This document shows, one piece after another, positions 1 through 11,920 of a DNA stretch of 64,000 nucleotides; the first letter of the stretch is position 1, and every line of letters begins with the position of its first letter. The notes beneath the pieces are model-generated. The model had not been told where the DNA came from and made no database searches. It saw nothing but the letters and a program-made list of their open reading frames with translations. The DNA is from Spongospora subterranea f. sp. subterranea (Eukaryota). Both the position numbers and the translations under genes were made by a program. The stretch spans positions 1-64,000 of the forward strand of contig JAUGWO010000081.1 of NCBI GenBank assembly GCA_049724395.1. Reading direction: 5' to 3'.

Positions 1-141
1 AAATGGATTGTGCACACAGACCGACAGACAGCGATGAGAACACCTTGTGTGGCGCAATTGTTGCAATAATTGCGCCATTCACAAACGCAACTTCCGATAA
101 TGCACTGCCGCACTTCTGCAACATTACAGCCCATGTAGGTA

Positions 142-2614
142 CAGTACCGGACATCTTAACGCCACACTTTTGTATCAGAGCCACGGACATGTCTATTGCA
201 GCCTTCAGCTAGCTCAACCAATCTGTTTAGAAGGTGTTAATCGATAGCCTTTTGCCTTCTGAACAATATAAACTTTTCGATTGTGTCTTTAACTTGAATA
301 GCGGCTGCGCCAATAAGTCCAAAGTTTGTATGTAAGAGAACATTTTTGAAATTTATATGGTGGAAAATCAAAATGCTCACAAAGTGCGTTCGCACATATT
401 GCCGCATATTCTTACACACCGTGGCGCAAATTGTGACCCCGAGGATCGCAAATTTTACTGCGCAGTCCGGACTCAAAACTTGAAAATCATCAAACTGCTG
501 ACAATGGCTCCCAAGAACTCTCGATGGAAGCAGCTAGCCGAAGCTAGAAATATCCAGAATCTAAAACGCATCTCTGCGACTATTGACAATAAGGAAGTTT
601 GTCTTGAAGGTAATCAGTCGTCTGACAACGAAAGCTACGTTATTTGCGATGATGACGATGACGTAGCCGTTGATGCTAACACATCAACGTTAGTTTGGAT
701 AAATGGTGCTGGATCCCATCTTCGCTCGTGTTATTCCGGTGATAGCGATACCACTCGGTGGCGGCGACAAAAAGAGCGTCAAGCTCGTATCAACTCAGTC
801 GCAAACGTCCCTAAAATTACCAATTCGTTCAAACCGAGAAGTGCAACAGCTGAAATTGTCGCCGAAGTTTTTGAAGCGGAATCTCCGGAAGCAGTGGACG
901 AGACTTTCATAGACATACCAACCGCATTACAACTGTTATCCCGCCTCACATCAGTGACGAAGAACATCAAGACGAAAAGCGGCTCGCCCACGTGACCAAA
1001 TATGATCTCCTTAGGTATCAAAGCATCGAGAAATACTCTATAGGACTTGTTCAAGGACTCTCGAGAACAAAAGCATCGTCCGAATCGGCAACAAATGTAT
1101 TTCCAAGTTTAAGTGCTACCTGGCACGGTAGAACTATCAGAAAATGGGCGGAATTTTTTAGAAAGAATCAGAGATTGCCCGACCATAGCCAAGGTTTGCA
1201 CTTCAAGGTGAAATCGTTTATTCACGAAGAAGACGTTGTCATTAACTGTCGAGGTTGGCTTCGATCTCAAAGGCACGATTTGATCTCAGCGCTTTCATTC
1301 TCAAAATGGGTTCAGGAGTCACTTCATTTACAACTGGGGTTGCCGCGCCCGATCATTATCTCTGAACGAACTGCGTCGAGATGGATGCATGTTCTTGGAC
1401 TAAAATATGGGGGTTACCAGAAGGGGTTGTATCAAGATGGCCACGAAAGGGCAGACGTTGTGTCATATCGACAAGATTTTCTACGGCGCATGAGGCAATA
1501 CGATGAACGAATGATCAAGTTCGATGGGGACGATATGGAAGGTGAAATATTCTCTGACATTCCAGACGGAGTTAAGCAACTGATTCTTGTGACTCACCAT
1601 GAATCTTGTTTCAGTTCTCATGATGGAAAAAACACATCTGGATGGATAAAAATCATTTACCCATACGTCCCAAAGGGGAAGGGAAGAGTTTGATGGTATC
1701 GGAATTCTTATGTCAATGCCATGGTGCAATGAGATTATCACCGCAACTGCAAGCATTGCATCCTCTAATACCGTCAGCAACCGTAACCATAATCGAGCCT
1801 GGGAAGAACGCCGACGGTTATTGGACCAATGCTGATTTGGTTAACCAGCTTCAAAAGAAAGTCATTCCGATTTTCAAGATTCTGCACCCCGAATCGCACG
1901 CGTTATTCCTGTTCGATAATTCTCAAAACCATCGTTCTCTACCTCCGAATGCCTTGAATGCCCGCGTGCTCAATCTTAGTGATGGTGGAGTCAAGACAAG
2001 ACCCCAGCGAGATGGTTGGTTTGTTGATGGCTCTGGTGCCAAAATAATTCAAAAGACGCAGACCGAAGCCGGTATCCAAAAAGGGGTCCGCTCAATTTTG
2101 AATCGTGAAATTCTGCAGTCTCAACCTGATTTTCAACAACAGAAGCAATGGTTGAATGAGGTCGTTGAGTGTTACGATGGATTTATTGTTGATTTCTATC
2201 CTAAGTTCCATTGTGAATTCAACTTCATAGAAATGTATTGGGCCGCGTGTAAGAGCTACACACGAAGAAACTGTACTTATTCCTTCAAGGACTTGAAATG
2301 CGTTGTTCCCCTGGCACTTCAGGCAGTGACCGTGTCCCAGATTCGTCGGTTTGCACGCAAATGCTTCAGATACATGGACGCCTATCGCGTTAATGGTCCC
2401 GATGGCAACAGACTGACCATGCGCCAAGTAGAGTATGCTGTCAAAGTTTATAAGCGTCATAGAAGCTTGCCAGTTCGCATAATAAACGATCTTTGATTTG
2501 GGAAAAACAGGTGCAGTTGCACTTATATTTTGCGCCGTTGCGCATATTGTATCTGCGTACGCACTTTCTTATTTCCAATTTGAAATGTCTGTGGTGTTAA
2601 GATGTCCGGTACTG
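142..2614 (+). mobile_element. IS630/Tc1/mariner DNA transposon with 25-bp TIRs and TA target-site duplication
   Basis: Left TA|CAGTACCGGACATCTTAACGCCACA (140-166) and right TGTGGTGTTAAGATGTCCGGTACTG|TA (2590-2616) are reverse complements with 1 mismatch. The CAGT start and TA flanks are typical of Tc1/mariner, and the ends enclose a DDE transposase. Confidence 0.85.
504..2496 (+). pseudogene. Frameshifted Tc1/mariner-like DDE transposase
   Basis: Three overlapping ORFs (357-995, 992-1693, 1642-2496). Motifs: DGHERxDVV, VTH(H)ESCF (the usual first catalytic D is H here), GKNxDGYW, FDNSQNH, PKFHCEFNFIEMYW. Confidence 0.85.
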
Positions 2615-2911
2615 TACACGCTAAATATTTCAAACCTTCCGGGTATATTTCCGTACAGTCAAGGGTTTTGGTATTCGCTGTACAGTATGAGAAAGACAAA
2701 CTTCGGTCGAAATGTAGATATCAAAACTGCAACGCCGTCAAGAACTTCGATCGATGGTCTCTCTACCTTTCAAACACTGATATTGCTGGTTTCGAAGTGT
2801 ATCGATGAATTCGCTTCGGTGACCAAAAACTCTTGAAAAAACCGACCCGCTCGACGTTTTGAAAACAACAAAAAATGGTGATTGAGGAAGGACAGAACCT
2901 GTATGTGATAT

Positions 2912-3342
2912 GAAAGGTTCAATCAACTAGTCGACCAACTCTCCACATTCTTGGCGACAGCAACATCACCCCCCTCAATCCTCGCCCAGTCCCGCCGAAG
3001 ACACCCAGCCCCAGTTCCCAATTCCTACCCCATCGCTTCCTCAGGGAAAGGATCCGGAGCTGAAAATGCCAGAAGCTTACGCAGGAGATAGAGTCATTTT
3101 CGGCATTGGTTAGGCCAAGTGCAACAGTTTCTAACGGCACAGCCGCTGACATATTCCAACGACACTCAACGTATTGCGTTAATCTGCTCGTTGCTTACCG
3201 GGCAAGCACGGGCCTGGCTGACGCCGTTTTATGGATCTCCTGGTCCCATACTGACCGATCTCAATGCATTCATCACGGCATTCACCATTGCCTTTGACGA
3301 TCCCGACCGGGCTGGCAAAGCTGCTGATTATCTGCGCCGGCT
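2912..3342 (+). pseudogene. Ty3/gypsy-type gag fragment (inverted segment)
   Basis: Reads KMPEAYAGDR..FRHWLGQVQQFLTAQPLTYSNDTQRIALICSLLTGQARAW..FITAFTIAFDDP, which resembles a retrotransposon gag capsid. One frameshift near 3095. Confidence 0.7.
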
Positions 3343-3598
3343 GAGGATTGAGGGGGGTGATGTTGCTGTCGCCAGGAATGTGGGAGTTGGTCGACTAGTT
3401 GATTGAACCTTTCGTTTGTTGACCGCTGATAGGTGTCAAGTTGTTCCCGCGATTCTAGGAGGGGTGACATGCCCACGCCATATTTTTAGGACCCTGGTCC
3501 ATAAGGTTATACATGGCCGGTTCCAGGAGGCTCCGCCGCTCAAAGCGGACCTTGGTCCAAACTCAAAAAGGCTCTGGCGGAAGGTTTGACCCGAGGGT

Positions 3599-6460
3599 CT
3601 AAGGTACACTGATATCGGTAAAAAAAAGGCGCATTTTTTTTTTTTCATATTCGAGATGTGAACTTGTGAAACCGTCAACTCTATTGACGCTGACGTTTAA
3701 CAAAAACGTTTGCACAGTTTCTTTTGTACAAATATCCGGCAATTCAACGGAGTATGAATCCGTGACTGCCGATTTTCTAACCAATATACAGTGCAATCGA
3801 ACATTGTTTGCTTGATTGTCGCTGAGTGGGACTGATTCGATTAACCTAAACTTGGAATACCCTTTCTTGAACACAGCTAAAATGAGCCAATTCTTGCCCC
3901 CGTGCTTAATGACCCTTCCTCGTGAAATGAGCTCAAGGTAAATTTGTATTCATTGATTCGGTAATCTGATTTACATTTACATATTTTTTAGGCATCAATG
4001 TGATCGCCCTAGATACTGATAGCATTATTACTCGGCTTTCATCATTTGTTCACAGAATGCGATCAATGGGTTATGCATCTACCCTGAACGTATCTTTGCC
4101 ATTTGATGCAACAGTGGTAGTCCCAGCTCTTCTTTCACTGCCGAAGTACGGCTGTATTGTTGGGGGAATATACCCGCATCACAATACCAGCTTAACCCCT
4201 GATGGATATACAGGCGCCGTAGACAACGATGTTTTCCAGGAGTTGGCATCTGAAATCAAAGTATTTTCTGTCCATCCATATCTGTTTCTCATGCGCTCAT
4301 TATTTGTAGGCATGCGTTCTCACTGTTCAAAAAGTGCCAAAGGGGGTTTCGCCAATGTTCATTGTGGCTGCTAGAGCCAGTAAAAAAAATGATGCTGACG
4401 AGAATAGTTTTAACAAAAGCCTCGTGCATATTGTGAAAAATGTTGATGGGCTGAAATTGTTGAGTGTTTGCACCGATGGCGTCGCTTATGAACGCGAATT
4501 TTTAGTTTCGTCTTTGGTAAGCAAGTACGACCTGGGCATGTCGGTTTCCAATTCTTTCATAGACATCTTTCACGGATGGCACGTCCGCCACTGTTTCAAC
4601 CTCAGACGCTAATCACATTGCGAAGTCCCTTCAGCGAGCTCTACTTTTTGGTGGTCAATTTAAGTTCATCGGAAGTACTCCAGTAGATTGCTGTCTCTTA
4701 CTACTATGCAACCCGCCTTTAAGCAAAGATCTAGTTGTTCTATCAGATTAAGACAAGCCTTGTTCTCATTCGGTGCATTTGTTGTTAAAATCTGGGAAGT
4801 CGAAGGATGTTTTTGTAATTTGAATAGTTGACAGGTTACAGTCAGGTTACCTTCTCGACGACTTCAGTCCTGCACAATTGTAAAACCTTGAGATCTGAGG
4901 CAAAATTTGATAGAACAACTAGATCTTTGCTTAAAGGCGGGTTGCATAGTAGTAAGAGACAGCAATCTACTGGAGTACTTCCGATGAACTTAAATTGACC
5001 ACCAAAAAGTAGAGCTCGCTGAAGGGACTTCGCAATGTGATTAGCGTCTGAGGTTGAAACAGTGGCGGACGTGCCATCCGTGAAAGATGTCTATGAAAGA
5101 ATTGGAAACCGACATGCCCAGGTCGTACTTGCTTACCAAAGACGAAACTAAAAATTCGCGTTCATAAGCGACGCCATCGGTGCAAACACTCAACAATTTC
5201 AGCCCATCAACATTTTTCACAATATGCACGAGGCTTTTGTTAAAACTATTGTCAGCATCATTTTTTTTACTGGCTCTAGCAGCCACAATGAACATTGGCG
5301 AAACCCCCTTTGGCACTTTTTGAACAGTGAGAACGCATGCCTACAAATAATGAGCGCATGAGAAACAGATATGGATGGACAGAAAATACTTTGATTTCAG
5401 ATGCCAACTCCTGGAAAACATCGTTGTCTACGGCGCCTGTATATCCATCAGGGGTTAAGCTGGTATTGTGATGCGGGTATATTCCCCCAACAATACAGCC
5501 GTACTTCGGCAGTGAAAGAAGAGCTGGGACTACCACTGTTGCATCAAATGACAAAGATACGTTCAGGGTAGATGCATAACCCATTGATCGCATTCTGTGA
5601 ACAAATGATGAAAGCCGAGTAATAATGCTAGCAGTATCTAGTGCGATCACATTGATGCCTAAAAAATATGTAAATGTAAATCAGATTACCGAATCAATAA
5701 ATACAAATTTACCTTGAGCTCCACTGGAAATACGCTGCATGTGACGCCAAGATGGCCCAGGCAGGTTTCCTGCCACAAGCTTGAACACCTTCCTTCCGTA
5801 TGATGCCAGCATTAAGTAGAAGTCAATGAGTACAGACTCCAAGGGTGCATTCATATGTCCAGAGGATTTGGTTACCAAAGACCTCATCATACACATTAAT
5901 AATGATTGCCTGATTTCCGGATTCTTTCAGTAAACGTCACCGAATTTCACAATGATTTGGTCTATTCCAATGAGGTCCCCACTTGAACCAAGACAGCTAT
6001 CTTCCGCCGGCAGTCGTTTTTTCAACTCGCATATAGATTTGACGTAATCTAGCCACGATTTGGCACGCATCATCAGTTCTTTCCGTCTGGGAATATCGAA
6101 TTCCCGGGCGTGCAACAAATTTTGCACAGTCTTTATTTCAAGTTCGCATATGGAATGTCGTTCCAAAGGCTTTTCTGCGGCAGAAAAATTAGCCATTCGT
6201 TCAAACCTTTTTCGCATAACCCTATCAGCAAACAAAGTTTTGCATGCATTGCTGATTTTGGATCCCGGCAAGGGTCGTCCATTGCATTGTGTAGAATGCA
6301 CTCGCACAACACCCAACCGTGATGAAAAAACTAATGAAGAATGCGGTGACCCATATTTCTCATACAATCGAACGTAATCACTTTGGCTTTGCATTCCTCC
6401 TAGACATTCAACAAGCGGAACTGCTGCAACAGTAACTGAAGGAGTGTCTGATGAGGACAT
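3599..6460 (-). pseudogene. Disrupted P-like DDE transposase with introns
   Basis: Fragments GPSWRHMQR, LSFDAT, SVCTDG, SDANHIAKSLQ (D-x2-H motif) and DLVVLSNFASD. GT..AG intron at about 5660-5712. The superfamily is inferred from the D(2)H motif and the 8-bp TSD. Confidence 0.6.
3929..5721. repeat. Long inverted duplication (arms about 3929-4745 and 4908-5721, spacer about 160 bp)
   Basis: ORFs 4000-4374 and 4334-4612 (+) mirror 5276-5650 and 5041-5316 (-). The arms differ by a few substitutions and one 3-bp indel. Confidence 0.95.
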
Positions 6461-6954
6461 CGCTGTGGATTTGGCGAAATAGTTAGTAATTCGATTGCAA
6501 GCGGAGTTCTGTAATGCTTTTTGATGAGTTGCCGTCCTGTACTAATTACTGTAGGATTTATAGCAGCATCGAGGGCAACGCTTACCTGTTATGTTCCAAT
6601 AAACGGCCAACTGCATATAGATGTCGACACAAAACTCGAGTGTTGTCGAGTTTACAGCGAACCCATTCCCCAGATGGGCAAACTTCCACCAGATCTGGAC
6701 TGAGCAATACGGCGTGTCATGTCCCATGACTTGCAACTATTGTCATTCGCCATTTTGACCTTGGTCCGCAGAAAATTCTTTGTATGGCGACTGGTTGGCA
6801 AGTCATTAAAACCCTAGTTCGGACCTTGGTCCTAAAAAACATATGACGCTGGCCTACCTGTCGAGGACCAAGGTGGAGATGTCGCCCCTCCTGCGATTCT
6901 GCCAGTTGTCGTGCAACTTCCGCAAGCTGCTCTGAGGTGGTGGTCTGCCGAGTC

Positions 6955-7165
6955 GTACACTAAAAGATGTGTGTGACTGGGATTCCTGTACACTGAAAGA
7001 TGTGTGTGACTGGGATTCCTCTGTACACTGAAAGATGTGTGTGACTGGGATTCCTGTACACTGAAAGATGTGTGTGACTGGGATTCCTGTACACTGAAAG
7101 ATGTGTGTGACTGGGATTCCTGTACACTGAAAGATGTATGTGACTGGGATTTCCTCTGTACACTG
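6955..7165. repeat. 33-bp minisatellite, about 6 copies
   Basis: Unit GTACACTGAAAGATGTGTGTGACTGGGATTCCT, located upstream of the minus-strand gag. Confidence 0.95.
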
Positions 7166-7650
7166 TGTAAGGCAAATCGATTTCCTCTGATCGTTTCTGA
7201 CGCAGTCAGAGATGTGTCAACGGGTCCCGGCAATCTGGCTGGTGAGCATCACGCTTTTTGATTATCTGTGTGTGCAATTATAATCAACAACAAAATTGGA
7301 ATGATAGCAGTTTGTGATATGTGATTTGTGGTGATATTCAAGCCAGATTGAACCCGGTTAATCCGAGGTCAACCGGGTTCATTCAGATTGGACGTCTGCC
7401 CAACCCGGGTTGAAGCCGATTGACCAGTACGGATTTGCGATTCAATAAACATTTAAGAGTGCGTCTGGCAACCACGGCATTATGTCATAACAGCACAGGC
7501 CCAAAACGCCATAACAGGCCGTTATGTTATTTTGCAAAATGTCCGTCAAGCGTCTGGCACATTATGGGCGCTCCATAATAAAACGCCATAACGCGCCCAA
7601 AATGGCATTTAAATGGAGCTCTGACCTCCATTTTGGCTCCATAACTAGGC

Positions 7651-8813
7651 ATGGTTGATGATCATGCGTTTCCCCTTATCTTTTACCCTGCTCTATACTG
7701 GGCTGGGCAACATGTTATCAAGGAGCCCTGTCATACTTCCACCCTCTCTGGCAAGGCTTGGGTCACCGAACTGCTGCATGGTAATCCACGTCGTTTCCGA
7801 AACCAGATGAGGATGCAACGAGAAATCTTTTTGACTATTATTCATATCATGCTGGAGAAAGCTGTCTTGGGACCGAGTCGCCATGTATCGATAGAAGAGA
7901 AGTTTGCCATTTATCTTTATGTTGTCGGACAAAATGTCTCAAATCGGCAAACGCAAGAAAGGTTTCAGCGAAGCGGGTGGACCATCACAAAATGTTTCAA
8001 CGAATCAGTCAATGCGTTGATCGCAATCTATCCTGACGTTGTTCGCTTGCCAGCACTCCAGTGCCCCGCAGAGATTAGGGAAAATCCGAAAATGTACCCC
8101 TATTCCAAGATTGTATCGGGGCCATTGATGAAACTCATATTCCGTGCACTCCTGTTCGAGGCGTTTCGAGGCCGTTCCGCAATAGAAAAGGCTACTATAG
8201 TTTAAATGTCCTGGCAGCATGCACGTTCGACATGCGATTTACATACGTTCTCGCAGGGTGGGAGGGATCGGCATCCGACGATGGTGTCTTCGCAGATGCG
8301 TATTTCCATAAAGGCTTTGCGATCCCGCCAGGTAAATACTACCTAGGAGATGCCGGATATGCACTCAAAAGCACTGTTCTAACTCCATATCGCGGTGTGC
8401 GATATCACCTTCGCGAATGGTCTTTAGGTAACCAGCGTCCGCAAAACCCCAAGGAATTGTACAACCTCAGACACGCACAGCAACGAAACGCAATTGAGCG
8501 TATATTTGGTGTTTAAAAATAGAGGTTTCCGCTGCTTATGGCCACACCTGAGCATCCATATGCGACGCAGGTAAAGCTCGTCTATGCGCTGTGTGCACTT
8601 CATAATATTATCATGGATCACGAAAGCGATTCTTTCTTTATGGACCAAGCCGACGATGACCTTGAGCATCGCAATTCGTCGCATCGAAATAATCGTTCAT
8701 CTGACATTGAACGCGATACTTCAGAGGAACAAGCAGCACGAGCCATGCGCGATAAAATTGCCAAAAACATGTGGAACGACTATCAACAACACATAAATAT
8801 TACAACAATGTAA
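7651..8813 (+). pseudogene. Harbinger (HARBI1-like, DDE_Tnp_4) transposase, disrupted
   Basis: Motifs FRNQMRM, QERFQRSGWTI, KDCIGAIDETHI (after a frameshift near 8105), GWEGSASD, YYLGDAGY, TPYRGVRYHL, RNAIERIFGV. In-frame stops at about 8514 and 8520. Confidence 0.9.
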
Positions 8814-8937
8814 TCGCGACAATTATAGACTTATTACAAGTTGTTTCGGCTTGGATTCTTAGCGATCTGTTGCTGCACAAAGGCGTCGCGAGCGCCTCCA
8901 GACAGCGAGAGATAGATAGTGGCATTGTGTCCTTCGG

Positions 8938-9765
8938 CTAACGTAGTCGCAAGCAACGCGAGGCCCTCATCGCTTTCAAGGCTTCCATCATATGCACCAG
9001 AGCGCTGGATAGGCGATCCTCAGGAGTGACCGGACGGTTGACCTGCTGAGACAAAACCAATTCCGCTTTACGCCTGGACTCCTCCAAGTCGACGTACTCC
9101 TGGCCGATCATCATTCCGGCCGATCTCCGGTCGACTTTCATACAGCTACTTTCTTGCGAGGTGGTTTCGAGCTTTGTGAAGATTCTTCCGGTGAGGCTGC
9201 CCTCCTGCGACGGATGCGGGGATCGTTGGGGGTGGAAAATGAGTTGATGCAGATGGCGACATCGTGTCAAACGAAGGAGACGGAGACGGTCTTCGCTTTC
9301 GCCGACCAGAACCGTGTGAGAAGGAAAGAATCCAGGTAGCATGCTCGTGTGCTCGCCTGTAGCGACGGCACCGCTGAGCAGGACCGTTAACGAATCATGC
9401 AGCGGGAATGGTGTCGTCCGAAATTTCCCAAAATTTTTGTTGGTTTCAATCACCGCTGCCCACACTTCGTCAGGGGCTGTCGGGACTTGCGTGAGGTCAT
9501 CCCATCCGAACCCTGAATTGTTCTTTGAGTATGTAAAATCCTTGAAGTCTTTCTTCAAAGCATCCAGACGGGGCTTGATCTTCCCCGAAAGTAGACTGCA
9601 TTTGAATTGTTTGTTAGATGCTACAGTTACCGCCGACCAGGCCTCTTTCTTGAAGCCTGTGTTGGCGCGCTTGCCCATATCCGCCTGAGCCTGCAGCTGC
9701 GCGACTAGGAACTGGTCCTTGGTTGCATCCCATACGGCTCTGTGATGGTTCTCCGATGGCGTCAT
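8938..9765 (-). pseudogene. Harbinger-associated Myb/SANT-like DNA-binding protein (probably frameshifted)
   Basis: W..KDQFLV..GKRANTGFKKEAW..SGFGWDD..VPTAPDEVW..FRTTPFPLHD matches the Myb_DNA-bind_3 type. It is convergent with the transposase. Confidence 0.85.
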
Positions 9766-9774
9766 TGTTGTGTG

Positions 9775-9840
9775 GGGGAACCGTCTGGGGAACCGTCTGG
9801 GGAACCGTCTGGGGAACCGTCTGGAGTCCGTCTGGGGAAC
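9775..9840. repeat. 12-bp tandem repeat (GGGAACCGTCTG), about 5 copies
   Basis: Directly visible just upstream of the Myb ORF. Confidence 0.9.
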
Positions 9841-10488
9841 GGCACAACTTTCTGAAACCTGCGCAATTGAGTGTCTCGTTTTTACTACATTTTCGCAACT
9901 TTTTTTCGATGAATATTACTGCGACAATGTCGTGCTAAGCAATTGAGCCAATAAAACTTTGCATGACCCAATACCATTGACAATCCATTCTTGGGGACAA
10001 ATTTCCTGATATAGAAATTCAGGAAACGGACGAGTTTCTGACTCCGTTTTATCGTATTCGTTTTTACAGTGTTTTACAGAAACAACTTTCAAGCGCGTTT
10101 AAACGAGTGTACAAACGGATTTCGTTTCACCTGTTTTGCAGGTGGGGTACAGATTGATCGAAAATTGATCGAGATCGAAAATTGATCGAAACTGTGCGCA
10201 GCCCGTCTATGGATACACTGAGCAAAACACTGCCATACATTGTACAATTGATCGAGATCGAAAATTGATCGATACTGTGGGCAGCCCGTCTTTGGATGCA
10301 CTGGGTTTGTATATATTCTGTGCGACTGACCGATGATGGAATTTAATCGAGGACGTGATTTTCGGCTAATTTTCCCACGACGGGTGTGCTTGTCGAGTTT
10401 GCTGAGAGTATTAGGATTTTTGAAATCATCAACGGCTGGCTACGGCTTCAACTTGCCAGACATTCTCATCAGTCAATTATACATTTAT

Positions 10489-10900
10489 TTAACAGCACAT
10501 ATCTTGGATCATCCATAACCGCAAGAACGGGATGTTCTCCGGTTTCACAAAGTCCATGGTGCCACCACTGAAAATGCTGTGCAGCCACATCAAGACGTAT
10601 ACGCCGCAACTCGAAGTATCTCTCTGCGTCTTACAGAAAACTTCAATCGTTCCGTTGTTTAGATTGGAAAAAAAATGGCGTATATTTTGATCAAAGATCT
10701 GAGTGATCCGCCTCAAGTTCTGATCAAGACCCAGTGGATCATACACCAGGACTTGCCTGCCGACAACCGCACACCCGACTTAGTGTGAATTGTCAAGCTA
10801 TATTACAATGTTTAAGTGTGGATATTAATGCTGAGACGTCTTACATTTAGCGGGATCAAATACAATTTCCGCTGAGCTTTAAAGTGTGCAGCTTCGTGTT
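10489..10900 (-). pseudogene. Ulp1/C48 cysteine-protease fragment
   Basis: VYDPLG and the Q-x4-C-G catalytic motif QRDTSSCGVYVLMWL. The upstream part is broken. Confidence 0.65.
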
Positions 10901-11053
10901 TTTGTTAAAACTTTCAAAATGCTGTCGGAAAGCGGGGAAATTAATTCCTGACTAATCCTCGTCCAAATCGCTCCCGCTGACAGCGTCCGATTGAGCGACA
11001 GCTCATCGGCCATGTTAGACATCTGAATACAAAGTCAATATGTACATCACAAT

Positions 11054-11330
11054 TTACATGGTGTCAACCTGTTGTCGTATATCTATTGCTTGTGCAGAGA
11101 TCTGCCGTTCGCACGTATGCTCAGAAGGGCCTAGAATTGTCCCATCGTCTAACACAGTTAGAGTAGAATGGCATCCTTCGGCTCGCAAAGATGTTGCCCG
11201 GTACTTTTTGCATCTATAGTAAACAGCGATTTCATTCTTGGCCGAACCACTCCAGGTGAAAAGTTGACCATCAACAGTCAATGGAGGGTGTCGACCCACC
11301 ATTGATATTGAAATTCCAATCTGAGGGTTC
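11054..11330 (-). pseudogene. FLYWCH/WRKY-like zinc-finger fragment of a MULE transposase
   Basis: LTVDGQLFTW...YYRCKKYR....GCHSTL......HTC. Confidence 0.65.
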
Positions 11331-11672
11331 CCACGCGAACAGATTGATGTACCTCCACATGTTACAAGTGTATATTTAAGTTGGCTGCGCGCAGTATCGA
11401 TCAATTTTCGATCTCGATCAATTTTCGATCAATTGTACAGTGTATGACAGTGTTTTGCTCAGTGTATCCATAAACGGGCTGCGCACAGTTTCGATCAATT
11501 TTCGATCTCGATCAATTTTCGATCAAAATGTATTCCTCCGTTTTGCACCACTGGGTACTGCTACTCTACCCTGTGGACCCAGCAGCGCAGCCACACTGCC
11601 ACAGCCAGTGACACAGTGTCGCCGACTCGCCGTATGACAGGCTGCGCAGGCTTTCGATCATTTTGACAAACA

Positions 11673-11920
11673 ATGACACTTTTTCAAAACGAATTTTGGA
11701 AAAGGGTGGCGTCGCTCCCCAGTACAGGTCTGTTCAAAAATGGAATATCTGGAAGACAAATGATCCTTTCAGCTCAGAAACTGTGTTGATTTCATCTCGG
11801 CCAGCTACTGGACGATCCTGGATCGAGTTTTTGAGCTGAAAGGACTATAGGTCTTTCAGATTTTGCGAACAGAGCTCTACTAGGGAGCGACGACCCTTCT
11901 CCAGGTTTGAGAAAGTATCA
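11673..11920. repeat. Imperfect fold-back hairpin of about 250 bp (MITE-like or pre-miRNA-like)
   Basis: AAGGGTGGCGTCGCTCCCCAGTA..CTGTTC..TCCTTTCAGCTCAGAAACT pairs with AGTTTTTGAGCTGAAAGGA..GAACAG..TACTAGGGAGCGACGACCCTT. Outer TGACACTTTTTCAAA pairs with TTTGAGAAAGTATCA. Confidence 0.8.

Larger units (their letters stand above)
3457..6892 (-). mobile_element. P-element-like DNA transposon with 8-bp TSD (internally rearranged)
   Basis: Perfect TSD GCGATTCT at 3449-3456 and 6893-6900. TIR AGGAGGGG(T/C)GACAT..CCAC at both ends. Subterminal GGACC(T/C)TGGTCC-type motifs near both ends (about 3489, 3547, 6757, 6821). Confidence 0.8.
3343..6955 (-). pseudogene. N-terminal part of the same gag, interrupted by the 3457-6892 insertion
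   Basis: Removing the insertion and one TSD copy joins EQLAEVARQLA-ESREQLDTYQRSTNERFNQLVDQL in frame. Its 3' part (3343-3413) is the reverse complement of 2912-2983. Confidence 0.65.
7457..9900. mobile_element. PIF/Harbinger transposon with two convergent ORFs; right end not located
   Basis: Contains a transposase plus a Myb/SANT ORF. Candidate left end TAA|GAGTGCGTCTGGCAA at 7454-7471. Confidence 0.75.
10141..11539 (-). mobile_element. Non-autonomous Mutator-like element with long TIRs and 8-bp TSD
   Basis: TIRs of about 140 bp starting with GG (10141-~10285 and ~11385-11539), containing internal GATCGAAAATTGATCGA repeats. TSD GTTTTGCA at 10133-10140 and 11540-11547. Confidence 0.85.

Noticed and set aside
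10453..10467. TTGCCAGACATTCTC as the right TIR of the Harbinger element
   Set aside because: Only 12/15 match, no TAA/TTA flank, and it lies inside the MULE.
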